A DNA stretch of 64,000 nucleotides from a virus (lineage: Duplodnaviria > Caudoviricetes), in IMG/VR virus record IMGVR_UViG_3300013426_000019, positions 1 through 64,000 of that record, one strand, 5' to 3'. The notes beneath the pieces were generated by a model. The model saw only the letters and a list, made by a program, of their open reading frames with translations, was not told where the DNA came from and made no database searches. The position numbers and the translations under genes were made by a program. Within the stretch, counting starts at the first letter, position 1. Every line of letters begins with the position of its first letter. Below are positions 59,318 to 64,000 of the stretch, one piece after another.

Positions 59318-59424
59318 GGAGTATTGTAAGAGTGTTTTGAACACCTTCAACAATAATCCTCCTTTTTTCTTTGAGGCGTCTCTTCTCCCTGATAAGACGC
59401 CTCTCTTTTTTAGAGGGTTTTGAG

Positions 59425-60940
59425 CAAGAAACCCTTCTGCTTCAGCTGAGGGATGAATTGCTCTAAAAGGTTTTTTAACTCCTTTTAAATCTCTTCCACT
59501 AATTATAATATAAAAAACAGGATACTTTAGAAGTACCAATTCTAAAATATCCCTAAACAAAAACCAAACTAGTAAGGAGTTTGATTAATGTCTGATAAAA
59601 TTAGTATAATCCACAAATCTTTAAAAATTAGACTCTATCCTACTGAAGATCAAAAAATACTCCTCAATAAAACATTTGGTTGTTGTAGATTACTCTATAA
59701 TGAGAGATTGTCTGAACATATCGAATGGTACAATGCAAACAAAGACTTATCTAAAGATCAGCGTTCAAAATTCAAAGGTAAACTACCTAAACAACTTCGA
59801 GAAGAGAAATATGAATTTTTAAGCGAGGTAATTGCAGAGCCATTAATCAATGCTCAGCGAAATTGTGAGCAAGCATTCAGTAACTTCTTTAAGTCCATAA
59901 CTAAGCAAAGAAAAGGCAAAAAAGTAGGATATCCTAAGTTTAAATCTAAAAAACAACATAGAGATAGCTTCACGATCTATATGCTAACTCCTCGCTGTTT
60001 AGATTGGGAACACAGATTAATTACAATACCAAAACTTAAACAAGTCAAATTTAGACATGCTGAAGATAAGTCAAATAAATGGATTGATTGGTTTAAGGAA
60101 GCTACTACTAGAAGCATAACAATTTCTAAAAATGCATGTGGGGAATATTGGTGTTCAATCTTGTTTGAAAAGGAACAAGATGTTTATTCAACGATTAAGT
60201 TAGACAAAGCTATAGGTTTAGACTTTAGTCCTAATTCATTATATATAAATAATTTAAATGAAGAAGCTTCAAACTTCAAAAAAGCCAAGCAAGAAAATAT
60301 AAAGAAACTAACAAAACTACAAAGGAATCTAATGAGAAAACAAAAAGATTCAAAGAATCGGGAAAAAGCGAGAATCAAGCTAGCTCGATTTGAGAATCAT
60401 ATTGCAAACATTAGAAAAGATTACAGAGAGAAGGAAACTTTGAGATTAGTTCAAACTTACGATGTAATTGGAATCGAAGATCTTAACCTTCAAGGTATGA
60501 TGAGGTTCAGTCACAATGCTAAAAATTATATTGACACTAGTTGGTATTCATTCGTAACAAGACTTGAACAAAAAGCTATATTCAATAATTGCTTAGTGAT
60601 TAAGTCAGATAGGTTCTATCCTTCTAGTAAAACCTGCAATCATTGTGGTTATGTTAATAATGAGCTAACATTGAGAGATCGAACATGGATTTGTCCAAAA
60701 TGTGGAACAGAGGTAGTTCGAGATCAAAATGCTGCTCAAAATCTAAAAGAAAACGCAATTAAAATCCTAGTTGATGAGATAAAATCAACTCTACTCTTGG
60801 AACAAGAGAAAGTTATGTCTATGGAGGATATGGAAGTAGAGATCTGCAACTCAGAAATCTGTGGAATATCCTGTGAAGTAGAAAGTCAGAATAGTGATGT
60901 TCGGAAAAGAAGCCTTTTGCTTTAGCTCAAGGTTGTTCAC
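59425..60940 (+). mobile_element. Non-autonomous IS605/IS1341-type element (tnpB only)
   Basis: TTGAG target; left and right end hairpins near-identical to those of the 14369-16171 element; ends in TTCAC. Confidence 0.9.
59588..60925 (+). CDS. tnpB: RNA-guided endonuclease TnpB
   Basis: KIRLYPT; GLD / IED / RDQNA; CNHC...CPKC. Confidence 0.95.
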   Translation: MSDKISIIHKSLKIRLYPTEDQKILLNKTFGCCRLLYNERLSEHIEWYNANKDLSKDQRSKFKGKLPKQLREEKYEFLSEVIAEPLINAQRNCEQAFSNFFKSITKQRKGKKVGYPKFKSKKQHRDSFTIYMLTPRCLDWEHRLITIPKLKQVKFRHAEDKSNKWIDWFKEATTRSITISKNACGEYWCSILFEKEQDVYSTIKLDKAIGLDFSPNSLYINNLNEEASNFKKAKQENIKKLTKLQRNLMRKQKDSKNREKARIKLARFENHIANIRKDYREKETLRLVQTYDVIGIEDLNLQGMMRFSHNAKNYIDTSWYSFVTRLEQKAIFNNCLVIKSDRFYPSSKTCNHCGYVNNELTLRDRTWICPKCGTEVVRDQNAAQNLKENAIKILVDEIKSTLLLEQEKVMSMEDMEVEICNSEICGISCEVESQNSDVRKRSLLL

Positions 60941-60983
60941 GGTTGATTAATTCCACTAATTGAGTAGCGAGGATTATTAGTAG

Positions 60984-61406
60984 ATGTTATACTCTACCCC
61001 TAAGAATATATTACAAGAGAGACTTAACAACATATTAGACCACCACGAAGAGACCATTATATCGGACCTGGTCAAGTTAAGTCTACTTAAGCGAGCTGAG
61101 AAGAACTCAGATGAGCTGGTCTTTTCAGAGATATACAATCTACTTGGCTTAGAGGACTTCACAAGCTTAATAACACTAACAGATGGCAAGACAATCACCT
61201 TCCCAACCAAGGAGGAGTTTGAGGATGCTCTGATGATAGTTATAGCCTACTATTACAGGACAGTAGAACAGAGGTCCTGGGATGAGATCAAGGATCTATT
61301 AGGCATACAAGATCTCAACTCAGTTAAGCTAGGTATACAAGCAGGACAATATGAGCGGTTCCTTCAGAAGATGATTAAGAGGTACAACCCTCTAGGAGGT
61401 GAGTAA
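60984..61406 (+). CDS. Hypothetical protein, Mor-like/HTH regulator
   Basis: LLGLEDFTSLI...GKTITFP and SWDEIKDLLGI. Confidence 0.4.
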   Translation: MLYSTPKNILQERLNNILDHHEETIISDLVKLSLLKRAEKNSDELVFSEIYNLLGLEDFTSLITLTDGKTITFPTKEEFEDALMIVIAYYYRTVEQRSWDEIKDLLGIQDLNSVKLGIQAGQYERFLQKMIKRYNPLGGE

Positions 61407-61906
61407 TGGACAAGTACGGGGATGTAAGTACCTTAGTTAAGATTAAGGACAACCTACCAACAGCTGAGCTTAAGGCAGATTCAGTACGCATACACAATCC
61501 TTCAGCAGAAGTCAAGTCAGCTCTCAAGGACTTTGCGGTTACGAGGCTTGAGAAGGTCAAGGATGATATAAGCTTTGAGGATACCATTAAGGACACAATA
61601 GCTTTGAGGATGCCTGAAGCAACCTTTGAGGAGCTATTAAGGTTATTAGCCATAACCTCAGCAGCCAACAATAAGATGACGGAGACACTTGCTAACATGT
61701 TCCAGTCACAGAACTCCGATAAGACTATTATAGAGCGCTTAGAGGACAGAGGAACCGAGAATGCAGCCGCTCAGTTATATGCAAGTACCAACAACAAGAA
61801 TGACATACAAGCCTTAACATACTTAAGTATGATACTAGGCAAGGCACAAACACAAGGATTACAAGATCACACAATAGAGACCCAAGCCGAGGAGGTTAAG
61901 GAGTGA
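61406..61906 (+). CDS. Hypothetical helical protein (possible small terminase)
   Basis: Size, helical pattern and late operon context only. Confidence 0.3.
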   Translation: MDKYGDVSTLVKIKDNLPTAELKADSVRIHNPSAEVKSALKDFAVTRLEKVKDDISFEDTIKDTIALRMPEATFEELLRLLAITSAANNKMTETLANMFQSQNSDKTIIERLEDRGTENAAAQLYASTNNKNDIQALTYLSMILGKAQTQGLQDHTIETQAEEVKE

Positions 61907-62577
61907 AGTTAACAGAGGAGTTGAAGTTATCTATGGGCGTAGAGATCCTAATATTAGGGATCCTAGACAAGATACTTAACATACACAAGGTAGGATCAAA
62001 CGGTGAGGGCATAGTTGAACCTCGTGAACTACCCTTAAGTTTACAATACAAGCTTAATTGCAACAAGATATTATTAGAGAATGATTATAATAAGTTTGAT
62101 GAGGCTCGAATAAGGCTCTTAATGAAGTATGGTATAGCCAATAAGGATATAGTAAGTGTAGATCCTAGCAAGCTAGCAGAGTATCAAGAGGAGCTTAATA
62201 AGTTGCTAGACACTGAGACAATACACTATGTAACCAAACTATCCTCTGAGGACTTTGAAGATCTGTCTAAGGATATAAGGACATCAATATCAACAGAGGA
62301 GTTTAAGGTGCTATTAGACTATCTAGTAGAGGATACAGACTTACAAGCAGCATATGCTAAGAGCATCCACTTCAATCTAACAGCCCCTAAAACGGAGGAG
62401 CCTCAGGAGGAGATTACTAAGTCTGAAGAATCCAGGCCTAAGGCAACAAAGAAGAGTACATCCAAGGCTAAGGCATCTGAGGTGGTTGTAGAGATCAAGG
62501 ATAGTAAGAGAAGCAAAGTCAACACAATAGACAAGCCTAAGAACAAGAGAACAGTTAAGAGTACTAAGAAGGTATAA
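61903..62577 (+). CDS. Hypothetical protein with a basic tail, paralog of 58763..59317
   Basis: Shared sequence pattern with the paralog. Confidence 0.65.
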   Translation: MKLTEELKLSMGVEILILGILDKILNIHKVGSNGEGIVEPRELPLSLQYKLNCNKILLENDYNKFDEARIRLLMKYGIANKDIVSVDPSKLAEYQEELNKLLDTETIHYVTKLSSEDFEDLSKDIRTSISTEEFKVLLDYLVEDTDLQAAYAKSIHFNLTAPKTEEPQEEITKSEESRPKATKKSTSKAKASEVVVEIKDSKRSKVNTIDKPKNKRTVKSTKKV

Positions 62578-62780
62578 GGGACCATAAAGGTCGGGCGTTT
62601 GAAGATACTAATTATAATAGGTAGGGGAGCTTATAGACTCCCCTTAATTTAAAGGATCAATAGTGATAAGGGTTTAAGATTACAAATAGATTACATAAAC
62701 CGTTAACGCCCTCCCCACTAATTGTAATATAATAAGAGGCTTCTTCGAGAAGCTTGTAACGTTACAAGGAGAATATTATA

Positions 62781-64000
62781 ATGCCAGAGAATCGAACATA
62801 TCTTGACCGGGCCGGCTTGATAGAACTCGTTAAACAAATCAAAGCTTACTACTCAGCTACTAATAACGATGGTAGAGTAGCTTATGCCACAGCAGCAGGA
62901 ACAGCTACTAAGGCAGGAGCTCTTGCAGAACCACATACATTCCAGGTATCAGGAGATGCAACAGCTACAGCAGTATCCTTTGATGGTTCACAGAATGTAG
63001 ACCTCAAGGTCACAATTGCAAATGCCTCTACAACTGCCAAAGGCTTAATGTCAAAGGAAGACAAAGTCAAGTTAGATGGTCTTGCTAACATTAAGAGTGT
63101 AGGAGACAAGTTAGCTGTTAGTGAAGAAGGACAGTTAACTGTTGATCTCAGCACTTATGCAACTAAGGATGATATTACAGCTGTCTTCAAGTTCAAGGGA
63201 TCAGTAGAAGATGCAGCTTCTCTCCCAACAGGTGCAACAGTAGGTGATGTCTATCATGTTATGGATACTCACTCTGAGTATGTATGGGTTGATGGTAATG
63301 CAGACGATCCTAACACAGCGCATCAGGTAGCTCACTGGGAAGAATTAGGTCTATCCACAAGCTTGGCGGGCTATGCCTCACAAGCCTGGGTTACAGACAA
63401 CTTTATTGGGAAGACTGAAAAGATTGCTGTATCAAGAATTGAAGGTCTTGATGATCATATTAAGGGTGTTAAGGTTGACGCAGCAGTAACTGCAGATAAG
63501 GTTGCTCATGCTCTTACTGTTGTTGGCCCTGGCAATAGCACAGAGCATACTTATGATGGTAGTGAAGCTCTTAAAGTTGACCTCAGTTCAATTGCAACTT
63601 CTGCATCTGTTGAAGCAAAGGCTGACAAGCTAACAGCAGCAGCTAGTGGCCACATCCTAGTAGGTGCAGCAGATGGTAACCTCGCAGATTCAGGAGTAGC
63701 AGCAACACAGTTAAGTGGTGGTACAATCACAGCTGGTAAAGATGTCGCCGCCACAGATGGAAGACTTGTTACAGGTACAGTTGTCAAGGCGTATGTTGAC
63801 AAGCAGGTTGGTGATACTAAGAGCGCAGCAGAAGCAGCAATTACAGCAGCTATCAACAATCTTGACGTAGCAGATGTAACAGGAGATTACCTCACAGTAG
63901 TTGGCCAGACAGATGGTAAGATCCATGCAACAGCTGGAACTAAAGGTACAATCGCAGCAGAGTCAACAGGCTTAGTTGATGGTAAGACAGTCTATGCAGC
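62781..64000 (+). CDS. Tail/head fibre-like protein (partial; not in the ORF track)
   Basis: AGGAG RBS; MPENRTYLDRAGL..., FDGSQNV, ASTTAKGLMSKEDKVKLDG, FKFKGSV...VGDVY; open to the window end. Confidence 0.8.
   Translation, partial: MPENRTYLDRAGLIELVKQIKAYYSATNNDGRVAYATAAGTATKAGALAEPHTFQVSGDATATAVSFDGSQNVDLKVTIANASTTAKGLMSKEDKVKLDGLANIKSVGDKLAVSEEGQLTVDLSTYATKDDITAVFKFKGSVEDAASLPTGATVGDVYHVMDTHSEYVWVDGNADDPNTAHQVAHWEELGLSTSLAGYASQAWVTDNFIGKTEKIAVSRIEGLDDHIKGVKVDAAVTADKVAHALTVVGPGNSTEHTYDGSEALKVDLSSIATSASVEAKADKLTAAASGHILVGAADGNLADSGVAATQLSGGTITAGKDVAATDGRLVTGTVVKAYVDKQVGDTKSAAEAAITAAINNLDVADVTGDYLTVVGQTDGKIHATAGTKGTIAAESTGLVDGKTVYA

Noticed and set aside
297-63926. Numerous short antisense or overlapping ORFs in the track (e.g. 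297-578, 1424-1630, 48229-48678, 59297-59560, 63551-63859)
   Set aside because: They are shadows of well-supported genes or IS ends, with no RBS or recognisable motifs.
1-64000. Stop-codon reassignment (as in some gut jumbo phages)
   Set aside because: Genes are full length in code 11, and TAA, TAG and TGA all end genes at sensible positions.

Overview
This window is a 64-kb segment of a large lytic, T4-like/jumbo myovirus-type phage genome in the standard genetic code. It encodes topoisomerase II, a possible sliding clamp, one or two sigma-like factors, primase, RNase H/5'-3' exonuclease, Mre11/gp47, tail sheath, neck protein, terminase, an SF2 helicase and fibre proteins. Main observations: (1) The family-A DNA polymerase is fractured into three separately promoted genes. 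Both junctions carry extra segments resembling non-catalytic central pieces of a split intein (no Cys1/block A, no terminal His-Asn), which suggests non-splicing 'half-Hint' assembly tags. (2) The terminase is fractured by a free-standing homing endonuclease and rejoined by an Ala1, WCT-type (class 3) naturally split intein. (3) A 13.5-kb A/T-rich island encodes a 246-aa protein with 22 His-Xaa-(Ser/Asp/Asn) triplets, six radical SAM enzymes, an Fe-S aldo/keto reductase, a methyltransferase and a GT2 glycosyltransferase, with no transporter or peptidase. (4) There is a ~460-nt structured non-coding RNA candidate. (5) There are two IS200/IS605 TnpB elements plus 36-46 bp left-end/right-end hybrid scars. 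(6) Two recurring phage promoter motifs are present, ACTAAT(T)A and TATATTATATA. All protein calls come from motif recognition by eye; no database searches were run.
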